NCBI GenBank assembly: GCA_023920165.1
Contig: CP089274.1
Span: forward strand, 1,860,001 to 1,924,000
DNA from: Curvularia clavata
Taxonomy: Eukaryota
Direction of reading: 5' to 3'
DNA length: 64,000 nucleotides
Shown: one piece after another, positions 1 through 11,613 of the stretch
Layout of the letters: every line of letters starts with the position of its first letter
Numbering within the stretch: position 1 is the stretch's first letter
Made by a program: the position numbers and the translations under genes
Notes under the pieces: model-generated
What the model was told of the DNA's origin: nothing
What the model saw: the letters and a program-made list of their open reading frames with translations, nothing else
Databases searched by the model: none

Positions 1-464
1 TAGAAGTTGATGAGCGTGCCATCCTGCTCGCCCTGGAGGTTGTAAGGCTGGCCAGTGCCGGAGAAGATACCCAAACCATAGTAACTAGAGTTCCTGGAGT
101 CTGGGTTGGGTCCAGTGCCGAGAGATTGGGCCTTGTCATCTTCCCAGCCGCCAACGTCGGTCCATGTGATCATGTCCTTGGAGGTGGCGTGTCCCCAGGA
201 GATGTTCCCCCAGTTGACGTGATTAGGATGCCATTGGTAATGGAGATGATAAGTTTTTGTCGTAGGATCATACAGCATACCACAGGGGTCGTTCAACCAT
301 CCAGCTGGTCCACTGAAATGGTAGGTTGGGCGCCATCGGTTGAAAAGAGTGTTGTTGCCAAGACCCTGGATGATGTCTGCCGTGAGCACAGCAGGGAGTT
401 CCTGTGCACCGACAGCAGAGAGACTACCAAGCGCAAGGCTCAGAAGGGGAGAAGAGCGAAACAT
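1..464 (-). CDS. Secreted glycoside hydrolase family 32 (beta-fructofuranosidase/invertase-like), 5' part only; continues past the left edge
   Basis: Not in the ORF track; translated by hand from ATG at 464: MFRSSPLLSLALGSLSAVGAQ (signal peptide-like) ... NNTLFNRWRPTYHFSGPAGWLNDPCGMLYDP...YHLHYQWHP...ISWGHATSKDMITW...GIFSG. WxNDPxG nucleophile motif, WGHATS and FSG are GH32 signatures. Confidence 0.92.
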   Translation of the reverse strand, partial: MFRSSPLLSLALGSLSAVGAQELPAVLTADIIQGLGNNTLFNRWRPTYHFSGPAGWLNDPCGMLYDPTTKTYHLHYQWHPNHVNWGNISWGHATSKDMITWTDVGGWEDDKAQSLGTGPNPDSRNSSYYGLGIFSGTGQPYNLQGEQDGTLINF

Positions 465-1930
465 GATGCTCAGCGTGGATGATGTCGACACTATGTACTG
501 TTAGTTTTCTTCTTTGAAAACGTTGTCTGATAGTCTACAAGACTGTCGAGCGAGGCTTGAAGAATATGGAATGCACTCTGAAGGCGATGGAGACATACCG
601 GAGTAATGGGCTTGCGGTCGATGCTCTAACTTCACAGCAGCAACGCGACCCTTATGTATTCGTCCCCAGTGGAACTAAAAGTCCCCACTGGGATAGTCGG
701 GAATGCGATCATACTAGCCAAGTCCCAGACCGCGTGGGCTCCGAGTCCATGGCTTGGGTTGACATCTACTATAGGATGGTGTGAGGCCGGAGGCAATGGC
801 CTGTGTCGGCACCCATGCCGGGGGCCAAGATGCGGTCATTAGCACGATAAGAATCCCCGCATAGTTGACATAAGACTCCACGGTTCCCCACACGTGGTGG
901 AAGGTGGCTATGTTCTCGAACACGGTTGGATTACCGGGCAAAATGCGCCACCACATATTTCATACTCTGGCTGCATTATGTTAGACAGCGAACGAACCTG
1001 GCGAGGCGGCAGTCTCTCCGACCGTCCTCGTGATGTCTGCGCTCAGTCCATTCTGGAAAAAAGTTTTTGGCCGCCAACCACGTAGCGTAGGGCTTAAATG
1101 ACCGAGAACGGACCTTGCTAGGCGTGGAGTTGTTTGTGGCCGAGTAACCTCCCGAGATCCAAGTCTCGATGCGGATACGGCCAGGATCGCGGCATGCTAC
1201 CGGCAAAAAGCAGGGAATAGTCACGTACTTTGTGGGGACGGACTGGAGAAGTGCCGCCCTTGCGCAGGAACGCTTGCACTTGTGCGGAGTGGGAGACTGG
1301 AGTTGATTCCATGGAATGTTCGTGTCGACTGCCATGCCTTCGATGGTCTCTGCGACCCCCGCACCCTCCGCAGCTACTGCAAGCTTATACATTGAGTAGC
1401 GTCTCTATAAGTAGACTTGCTTACTATTCGAAGAGAAATTTTATAGCATGGGAATTGAGATATACCCAGAGAAGTCCATACAAAGTATGGGGCGTCTATG
1501 TCTATACGTTAGCACGAGGCACAACGCTAAAACGTCGCGAGGTCGATGAACATATTAGGGGATTGGTCTAGTGCGATGTTGGGCGCATTCACTATTCGTG
1601 GAGGCCTGTTACGCGAGACGGTTGTGCGAGAGTATGCACTAACAGTAGACAATTGCAAAGCAAAGGCACTGCCGATGACACCGAGCAAACTTTCCATGCG
1701 GGTGAAGGCACACGAGACGAGTGTCGCAATGTCGCAATACATTTGCTAGCGGCGGCCCAACGTCATCGTCAGCACAGCCAATCACACGAGCTCCCACTCC
1801 GACCACGTTTCCTCCACCAAACGTGAGCACTATCGCGCCACAACATCACCACCTCGTGTACGGGGCTACTCTGCGCTCGGATGGGGGCACACAATCTTTC
1901 TTAGCTTTCTTGTCGCTTTAGCACAGCACC

Positions 1931-4297
1931 ATGAGTCGACTCAAGCTCTATGTCACGGTAGCGACGGCTCCCCCTCACCAGACTCACACACCACACACAT
2001 GCTAACCAGCCCAGGGTTCGGCCGTCATGGCCAACATCGTGCTTATGCGCGCATACTATGAACGCCCAAACTTCTACTCGGCCGCTGTTTACATTTCCCA
2101 GAGCACCGGCTCGTTGATGTTCTTGGTCAATCTGATGCTCATTGTAGCTGCGAGCGTCGGATACGGATTGCAACGCCTCTTCTATGGGCCTCTCCGACCT
2201 ATCGAGACGGAACAGCTGTACGATAAGGCATGGTTCGCCGTCAGCGAGACGCTGCTGGCCATGACCATTTTCAGAGACGATATCGGCGTATGGTTCTTCG
2301 CAATGTTCCTCTGCTTGCTTGCAGGCAAGGTCTGGCAGTGGATTGGGGAGGGACGAGTCGAGTTTCTTGAGCAGCAGCCACCCGCCAACCCGAAGCTTTT
2401 CCACACCCGTCTGGCTAGCTCCCTGTTGGTCTCGGTTGCTTTTGACATCTTCATGATGCAATACTGCATTGGCTCAATACTCTCGGAGGCGCGCCCCGGC
2501 GTCATGGTCATGTTTGGCTTCGAATATGTCCTTTTGGCCATCGCGTCGACGTCGACCTTGTTACGATACTCACTCTCAGTCATCGAAATCCTTATAACAC
2601 AGCGTCAGGAAAGAGCGCGAGATGAGGCCCGCAGAATCGCTAGCGAGATGGCGCGTCAGCAAGCTGCAGCTGGTGGGACCGAAGTGCCTGCTGAAGAAGA
2701 TGAAGATGAGGATGATGGCGACGTGCCTGGGTGGGAAGAGAAGGGCCGCTGGGTCTTTTACCTGGACTTGGCAACTGACTTTGTCAAGTCGGTCGTCTAC
2801 ATGGGCTTCTTCATCATTCTCATGACGTTCTACGGCATTCCTATTCACATTATGAGAGATCTGTTCATGTCGATCCGGTCACTGATTAAGAGAATTAACG
2901 ATTTCATCCAGTACCGGAATGCGACTCGCGACATGAATTCGCGCTACCCTGACGCCACGGCCCAAGAACTGGAGCGAGAAAATACGTGCATCGTTTGCCG
3001 CGAAGAAATGCGACCATGGAGTCAGCCAGGTGCAAATGGTGCGCAACAGGGCCGCCGGATGGATGAACGACAGCGTCCAAAGAAGCTTCCCTGTGGCCAT
3101 ATCCTCCACTTCAGCTGTCTGCGCAGCTGGCTCGAGAGGCAGCAAGTGTGTCCAACGTGTCGCAGACCTGTACTCGCATCGGCGACGGCTGCCACGACGC
3201 AACGTAACAATCAGGCCAATCAAGGGCAGCCGGGACAAGCAAATGTCTTGAACCGCGATGCGCTACAAGCAATGTTTGGCGCGAATGGGCAGCAAGGCGG
3301 CCTTGGCGGACAGCAAGGTCAGGCAGCTGGAGCCCAGGATGGCGGACAAGCAAACGCTCCCGAAGGCAATGTGCGCGTGTTCAATCTTGGCCCGTTCCGG
3401 ATAGCTCTTGGCAACCTCCGAGTGCCACCAGGGCAACAGGACAATGCTGCTGTGCAAGACGCGATGCAGCGATTGCGGCAACAAGGTGTAGCAAACAACG
3501 CAGTTCAAAATGCCGGTGTGCAGAATGCGGCTCCTGGACCATTGACTTTTGCGCAGGGCACCGTCCCGACGGTTGCGACCAGCGCCATAGCGGGAGCTGT
3601 TGCGCAGCATCCATCAGACATTGCATCAGACATTCTACGCATTCAGCAGAATATCATCGAGTCTGTGCGGCAATTGAATGCGCAACACGAGCAACTTGAG
3701 GTTATGCACCGGCTTCTTGACGAGCTGCACAGACTACAGCAGGCGTCTGGAGTGAGTGCTACGACAGGACAAGAGTTGGCAGCAATGGCGCCATTGAACG
3801 CACCAAACATGAACGCATTTATCCCGCAGGCGTATTTTGCGAGAGGAAGTGTTCTGCGACAGGGTGATGCAGGTGTGCCGGCGGGGGTGACATTGCCGGA
3901 AGGGTGGACACTGAGGCCCATGGCACTAGCGCCACGGCCCGGCCACGAGGGTGCCACGATGGCAGCATCCTCGCAGGCAGGACAATCACAGCCAGCGGCG
4001 CCAGCAGCCGAGTCTGAAGCAGATACGTCGACGACGAGTGCCAATGTGACTGGTCAGGCTCACGCGGGGGCACCAGTGGTAAATACAACAACGGGCACAG
4101 GCGGCACCCAGCAGGGCTCGAATTCGTCGCCGAAGCCCGCGGAGCCCAGCAGCCTCGAGTCAAGCTGGAGTTTTGGCAACTTGGGGGAGAGGACAGAGGG
4201 CGAAGGGTCGAGCTCTGCGGTTGCGGGAAGCAGTTCAGAAGGGCAGAGGGCGACGCGGAGAAGGGTGACGGTGGAGGATGAGGACGAGTATGAGTGA
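1931..4297 (+). CDS. HRD1: ERAD-associated E3 ubiquitin ligase Hrd1/synoviolin
   Basis: Exons 1931-1957 and 2015-4297 (intron GTAGCG...GCTAAC...CAG). N-terminal multi-TM region with RPNFYSAAVY and FYGPLRPIETEQLYDKAWFAVSETLLA; RING-H2 CIVCREEM...KKLPCGHILHFSCLRSWLERQQVCPTCR; low-complexity tail. Confidence 0.95.
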
Positions 4298-5156
4298 GGC
4301 GGGTCGTGTATTGCATAGCGAGGCGTTTGGGTCTGCATTGGACATGGAGTACATACATGGAGTAGTGTACCTGGTAGACGAGTGTGGTGTGTTCGGTGCC
4401 GGTGAGGAGGTGATTGCTGCTAACAGAGCACGACAGGGCACCCCTGCGAATGACAGTTCACCTTTCTTGGCGAGGCCGCTCCACCGCATGTCTGGACTGT
4501 ACGTAGGTTGCTTTGTAGAATGAGGCATGCCCACCCAACCACGCCCCGACGAGCGTTGCTGCACCCCACGCCCGCCGCAGCACCAATGGCGCAGAACCCA
4601 CCCAGGGACACAACACAGCAGCCCGTTGTTTCATGCAGGCGTCCATGTTTACACGCCGCGCGCACGTGTAGAGGTGCGGTGTTGCGGTCTCGAGTCCCCC
4701 GGCCAGCCGGCGGCCCACAAAGCTTGTCGAGGCAGCTAGCGCGACGGCTGCGGCCACTCAGACGCAGAGAGGCGCCCAAGCCAGCTCACCAAGGCGGCTA
4801 CCAGCAGCACTCGGTCAACGACAGTGGCCCTGGCGGTGCGAGGGCGCAAGACGTCGCCCAGTAGCAGATGCAGGAACCCCGAGGGCTGGTGCAAACATGG
4901 ATCGGGTGGCCGGCGGGATAAAGCAAAGCGTGCCCCCCGTCGTCTGGGCGGCCATGTTTACGACTGGACTTGACTCGACTCGACTAACCTGGGTGATCTG
5001 GCTTGCAGATGACTCTTCATTCACTCTCGCTAATGGATGCTTAGACCGCACTTTGTTTTGCCTGGGATATTGTATACCTATCGTGCGTTTCCCTTTTCTT
5101 CTCTTTTGTTCCACTCTGCATTGCATCTGCTTGTTTTCGTGTCCTGCTTTGAGCCC

Positions 5157-6735
5157 ATGGCCGTCAAGTTAGACAGTGCTGGTGCGCGTGCTACGCCCAA
5201 GGCTGTCGAGGCCGAGGTATCAACATGTGTGGCCGCCATCATAGAAGCTTTTACAAATGGGCTCAACATTTTCAAACGCCTGCGCGAGAGGAGGAAAAAG
5301 CGTAGATCCTCGTCGCGAAGAGACAGCGACACATCCGATGCGTCCAGCGTGGCCGAGCACCAGCTCTCAAAGAGCTTGCGCAGAGGGCCCAGTGAGGTGG
5401 CTGACAAGTATGCTGAGTGCTATAACAGCGGCATGGGGCCGCGTTTCGCAAAGGGCGATAGTGAGTTGACCACAGAACGAACAAAAAAAACCTCTCCTCG
5501 ATCAATTGCTAACTCACAGGAAAGCAATTGCATACACTGCCCTCGCAGAAACGCTGATCAAACTAAACACCGGCCTTGTTGCCATCATCGCCTCCTTCCT
5601 AAACCATGAGCACAAAAACGGCAAGAGCCAGCTAGACCTAGACTACAAGTCGCTGACCCACCTTTCCGACGCATCGCGCCGTGAGGCTCTCGTCACCCTA
5701 AGCGAACTCTACCAGCGACTAAGCCACTCCCAAGCCCAGCTCCACAAGATGGCTGCTCCAGCTTGCCTACGTTGCGGATCCTCCAAGCACCACGACTGCT
5801 CCTCGCGCAGCGCCAGCCCAGAGAAGGAGAGGAAGAAACGTTCCACCTCTTCCTCCACCCGCCAACGCTCCCTGGGCCCAGTAGTCACCCGTAGGCCCCT
5901 TAAAAATGGCAGCTCCAACCATCCCCAGCTTGTCGTCGTGAGGCCCAAGATGACTCGCAAGAGTGCCTCATCGAGTAACAGCTCCAGTGCCGTCAAGTCA
6001 ACTTCCAGCTCATCCCGCACTACCTCACCCACAGCTTCCCCCCAGCCTAGGAAACTTCAAATGGCATCGCCTGAACTGAAGAAGCTACCTCCAGCACCAG
6101 TTTTGCCTCTATACGTGCCTGTTGACCCTCTTGAGCTTCAGAGCACCGGTGTCATCAAAGGCACGCTAGGCGGTGGAGCACCAAAGACCAGCAGCCGTGT
6201 CAAGCAGCGTGTTGATTCATTCCAAGACCCACGTGAGCCATGGCCTCTGGAGCATCTCCCACACACCATCACCAAATCTCCTTCGCCAAAACCAGTCCAA
6301 GTTGCAAAGCCAGCTCCGCCGCCCAAACCATCCCCAACGCCAAAGCATATCCATGAACCCACTCCTAAGCTCCCAACCTTCTTTACCACGCCCCGCCGGT
6401 CCTCCACTCCCACTCCCTCTGCCCCACCCAAGCCTCCTGTCCCATCCAAGCCAGAGTACCTATCTCCTCCCCCACTACTGGATCACGCCCCAGCAACCAT
6501 CCACTTCCGGCGCCGCATGGAAAAGGCCACCCCCTCCAGTTACACCTTTGCCTCCGACAGCACCAAGATGGGCGAGATTCCCCAGCGCAAATGGACAAGT
6601 CCATTTGACTTTGAAAAGGCCGAGCGCCTCAATGCCGAAGCTGCCCTCAACGGTTACCCCAACCCATTGCCCAGTGCTGACAAGGCCGAGAAGAGAAAGA
6701 AGCGCTTCGGCTTCATGCGTCGTGGCGACGCCTAA
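5157..6735 (+). CDS. Hypothetical fungal protein (~504 aa), helical N-terminus, CxxC...H..C element, Ser/Pro-rich C-terminus
   Basis: Exons 5157-5460 and 5525-6735 (intron GTGAGT...GCTAAC...AAG joins ORF 5037 to ORF 5506 in frame). Contains CLRCGSSKHHDC and a C-terminal SYTFASDSTKMGEIPQRKW segment. Confidence 0.75.
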
Positions 6736-7567
6736 ACAACCAATACCTTTAGACCTCGTTGATCGAGTCTTTTAGGATTCGATTGTTTGTATTTGTACTC
6801 TTCTTCTCCTCCTCCCTCTTCTTCTCTTTACCATGTTTTTTTTTCATGTTTTTCTTCTCTCTTACTCCGTATCTTATTTTTATCGGCGTTCGGTTCGATC
6901 TGCATCACCTCTCTCCATCTCCGTAGGCATTGCGCCTTTCATCCACCTCTCTGTTTTTGTTTTTCATCTATCTCCGCTCTCCAAAAACTGGCTACTGGAA
7001 GCCCGGTAATGACGCTTTTTACGATTCTCACGATAACGAACTCATGACGAAGGTTATGTCCTTTTCTCTTTCTGTTTGTTGTCGCATGTTCTCATATACC
7101 CCATCTATATACCCATCTGCTTTTTTTTTGGTTTGCTCTCTAGCGAGTTACGTATATAATGCTTTTCGGTATATCGGGTATTGGGAATACTTAATTGGAA
7201 TTTTATATATTTTGGCCACGTTCGCCTCTACGCTTATATATTGCTAGTCCGTTGCAAACATGTGATTCGTGTGATGTATATTTTGCATTAGTCGACAGTG
7301 GCGGTTCAGCTGCTCTATCACGATAGTGGCCTTCTGAATCAGCGCACTTTGCCTTATCCAGACGTGCATTCGACATGCCTAATTACGTGAAATGTTTGAA
7401 GTCAGTTCATACTGTATGCCATATCGGCAAATCCGATTCGATTGTGCGTACATACCTACAAAAGCAACTCTAATCGCTCCACGCTGCATACCGTAACACA
7501 AACTATGTTCTCTCACAGGCTATCCAACCAACAATCTCTGCGCCCTTGTGCAGAACTGAGCCCCCAC

Positions 7568-7592
7568 CACACACACACACACACACACACAC
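7568..7592. repeat. (CA)n microsatellite
   Basis: About 12 consecutive CA units read directly. Confidence 0.9.
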
Positions 7593-7993
7593 CCTCAAAC
7601 CAAGCCCATCCCGCCGCCAACATCCTTCACCGGAACCCCAAACCTCTTAGCACGCCGAATGCCCATCTTTCCTGCAGCTCGCTTGGCAAATGCATGAACG
7701 TAACGCTACGAGGGTTCTAGATGCATGGCTTACCCGAGACCTCGCCGACCACGTGGGTGCACGGGTAGCCGAAGAAGATGTAGTGGTGGGCAAAGCAAGT
7801 TTGGCTACAAAGGAATTTGGATTTACGGTCGTGAGGCTGAAGTTTGGATGGACTGGGAGCATTCGCGCTAGTGGCCCAAAGAGGCTTAGCCTGATTTTTT
7901 CTCGATCTCTCGCTCTTTCCCTAACTAATAGACAGCTTCTAACAACCGAATCAACACCACTAACCATTTTCGCCCAACAAGGATTTCTGGACG

Positions 7994-9319
7994 ATGGATG
8001 AGGGAAGGGATGCTGGTGCGAGGAAAAGGAAGGCTGAGAGTGGTGGAGAGATGCAGAGGGGAGGGGGTAAAAGGGCTAAGGTACGTTTGCTTTTATTCTT
8101 TTTTGGGGACAGCTAAGGCAAGAGCATCTTATCGTTATTTCAAGCAATCACAGAACATCCTCAGAGAGTGGTGCTGTTGTTTCTACTGCCTGTCTTTGCA
8201 GATGACTTCATGACATCGTTTCCGCTCTGTAGCTGCAGTGAATTTTCCAGTACTAAGCTTGTTTTCAGGGCAAGAAAAATTGGGACATGCCCAGGAGAGA
8301 CAATTCGAGACGCGCCATACAAGCCGGCGATGCAGGTATTTGGGCCACGTGCGCAATGAAGAAGGAAGCCAAATCTGTGGTGGATCTGCGGGATCTATTC
8401 CAAGAGGCAAGACAGGTCTTGTACTCGACTGTGACGGTGAGGCTGACAGGTGACAGTATGCTTCGAAACTTTACGGGACCACAGAGTCGACTGCAACAGC
8501 TGCAGACAGTGACTCTGACTCCGAAGGCGGTGATATCGAAGCTGAAATCAACAAAGAGCTTGCCGAAATTAGCCAGCCAGCCACAAAGCCACTGTTCACG
8601 CCAGTCAAGCTCGACACTCAGTGCTGTAAGAGTACCGTACCACGCGCTCTTTTACCCGTGCTGACCCCAGCAGTGGCATTTTTTAGGACTCGGCAGCCAT
8701 TGGAACCCGTGTCTTTTGTCCACAAAATCTGCCAAGATATTGCTGACGGCGCGCAACCGAGGAATCTGAGCTATGTGAAACGACTGACACCAATTACTGC
8801 AACCGAGAAAGCCACTCAACAGGGTCTGGAAAATGTTGCGAGACAAGTTCTGGCACCCCACTTTCATGGTCCTGACAAATCAGAGAAATCGGTGAGTCTG
8901 GCCTTTGGACGTCAAATCACGCGGCCTTGTTAGGCAAAGCTTCAAGTTAACGTGTGGGAAACCAAGTTTGCCATACGGCCATCCATACGCAATAACAAAC
9001 AGTTCAAGAGAGACGAGGTCATCAAAACGGTCGCAGCCGCGGTAGGCCCTGGTCATAAGGTCGACTTGAAGGACTACGATTTGCTCATTATTGTGGAGAT
9101 TTACCAGGTACGAGATGATTGTGGCGGGGCTGAGATCTTGACAGCTGCTTACTCTGACAGAATATCGTTGGTATGAGCGTAGTAGGCCCAGATTATGAGA
9201 AACTGAAGCGTTTCAACATCCAGGAACTGCGTCAGCCAGCATCATCTGTCGCGCCAGAGATTGCAGAGGATGTTAACAAAGCCACTGAAAGCAAACTTGG
9301 AAGCAAAACGGATTCTTGA
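7994..9319 (+). CDS. TAN1: THUMP-domain protein, Tan1/THUMPD1-like tRNA acetylation cofactor (~303 aa)
   Basis: Six exons: 7994-8080, 8269-8406, 8457-8625, 8674-8891, 8967-9107, 9161-9319. Spliced product: MDEGRDAGARKRK...GIWATCAMKKEAK...DIEAEINKELAEI...EPVSFVHKIC...YVKRLTPI...FAIRPSIRNN...HKVDLKDYDLLIIVEIYQNIVGMSVV...YEKLKRFNI, typical of fungal THUMP proteins. Confidence 0.85.
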
Positions 9320-10420
9320 TCAAATACGGAATCAGTAGACAATTCAGTGGGCTTTACAACTTTCCAGCCAAGGCGCTAGCGCATCCATTTCCACAAACTA
9401 CAAAACCTCCGAGTGTGGCTGTTGTGGCTTGAATGTGCAGTAGCACAGGTGAAACACTGGAAGGCCTTGTCAGACTATGAAAGAAGGGTACCAGCCACGC
9501 ACAGGCTGACTTCACGCATCAACTATCTGCTAGGACTCGTCTCCAACATCTCGGATACACAAATCAGGGCCCTCACTGGCGCAGTCCAGGGGAGCCGCTT
9601 CAATGACGGAAGAGTGTCCGACACTCAGGGATAGTCGAACGACCATCTACCCTGGCGCACAAGACGCCGAGCCAATGCGAGCTTCTGTGCCAACATTTAA
9701 TCCCTGTGCTGATCGTAATGCCTTCTTCTCGTGCGCTCCACCGCTTCCACAAATCTAACCAGTGCATCTCAAACTTCGACCTGAACAACTAACGCGATCC
9801 CTATCCGCTCGTCTGTCATGACAAATTCCGCTTTCCGATAGGCGATCTACCCATTCAGACGCTAGCCGTATATGGTGATGCTTGACGAACGCTGTGTGCG
9901 CCACACCAGCACCTAGACGAACGCCTCTCGCGTGCTTGTTCGTCTTGATATTCGCATGGGCTAGTCTATGCACTAAATGGACCGGTGCTTACATACCCGC
10001 TGCCGTACACGTATCAAGACCCTTTCCGGCGGCTCGGCTAACAAGCTACGTAGCTGAAAGCGAGAAACAAGGCGCCTTGCACACGTGCGAGGATTGCAGG
10101 AGGACTACTGTGTGTTGACATGCGGGCATGTCGGTATGACCAATAGAGTAGATGGCTATTTCATATACTGGACTGTATTATGCCTCGTTATAGTGAGACT
10201 CGTCAGCTGTGCTTTGGTCTTCGGGCCTTCTAGAATGATAGCCAGGCAATCAGTTTTGAGTTGCAGCAAAAAAAAAACCAGAGTCGATCGTGTAGACCGG
10301 ATCATCGTCCTGCTCGGGCCGCCCCTTCGTACGGAGTAGCTAGAAAGCTTTGAGCATCCTTTGTGGAATGGCGCTAAGACTCCCGCCTGAACTAGTACAT
10401 GGGTAGTCAGATACTACATA

Positions 10421-11613
10421 ATGCCTCTCCCCCCACTAGGTATGGCTATTTACCCAGTCACCAATATGAGCCGTGGCAGTTACGCCGTGAAGCCAGTCCG
10501 CTCGTGTACGACCACATCTTCGACCTCGACCTCATCGGCGTCTTCATCAGCGTCTTCGTCTCCCTCAACGGCATCTATCCAGATTACTGATACTACACTC
10601 GATATTGTGAGCATACAACGTCTGATCAGGGCTGTTTTCCGGTCGTCAAAGATCACAGTTCGACAAGTCGAAGTGTTCCAAGGCCAGCTTAACCAAGTGT
10701 ATCTCACCACACTCGCAGACGGCAGCAGTGTAATACTCAAATGTCCGCCAGCGCACAATATCCGACTCCTACGCAATGAGAAACACACTCTGGACACCGA
10801 ACGCAAAACCCTCGAGCTGCTAGGCCAGTATACCCGGATACCTGTTCCACGGCTTGTCGACTACGACTGCCATGGGGAATCACTCGGGAGACCATTCTTG
10901 ATGACGAGCCACATGCCTGGTCGGCGACTGTCAGAACTCGCACCGTATCTCACCGCCAGCGAACGAAGCACCATAGATCACACCACGGGAGCATACGTAC
11001 GTGCTCTCACCGCACTATCCGCTCCACAATTCGGCCTGACGCACCGTGTCTTCGCCAAGAAAGGCAGCAACACCTGGCGTGAAGCCTTCCTTGCCCTACT
11101 CGAAGCCACTCTCCGGGACGCAGAAGACATGTTCGTTAATATCCACCCGGAAAGCATACGCTACTGGATTGGCAAACACGCCCACCATCTGGACAAAGTG
11201 ACGGAGCCGCGCCTGGTAGCGCCTAACGTGTGTAATCCAGACAACATACTCATCGACGAGCAGACCAAACAGGTTGTGGGCCTCGTCGGCTTCTCCGATA
11301 TCCTCTGGGGCGACCCACTCATGAGCGGGGGTATGGCGGACGCTAGTCCCGCCTTCCTGGCTGGACTGGGTGAAAGGGATCCGAGGACTGGGGCTGAGAG
11401 TGTCAGACTGCTCATGTGAGTTTTCTCATGCCTGGCGGGTAAATAAGCCGGGTTTAATTTTTACAGCTGTGCTAACAACTTGCCTGCAGATATCGAACCT
11501 ACAGGGCTACGGTGCGCCTGGTTGCACACCATTATCGGCCGCATGACGGCACTAACGAGCTCGATGCACGACGCGAGTTGAGCGGCGTACTCAATGAACT
11601 TGCGGCTGTCTGA
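10421..11613 (+). CDS. Aminoglycoside-phosphotransferase (APH)/protein-kinase-like fold protein, probably catalytically degenerate
   Basis: Exons 10421-11415 and 11490-11613 (GTGAGT...GCTAAC...CAG). Motifs NQVYLTTL...VILKCPP...LLRNE...IPVPRLVDYD...PFLMTSHMPG...NILID...WGDPL. Start codon uncertain (several nearby in-frame ATGs). Confidence 0.8.

Noticed and set aside
557..1900. Short ORFs (e.g. 976-1392 -, 714-956 -) between GH32 and HRD1
   Set aside because: No recognisable motifs or consistent splice pattern; position fits a divergent promoter region.
7647..7967. Minus-strand ATG followed by GTTAGT as a small spliced gene
   Set aside because: The spliced frame stops after ~15 codons and the ATG is only 27 nt from the THUMP start on the other strand.
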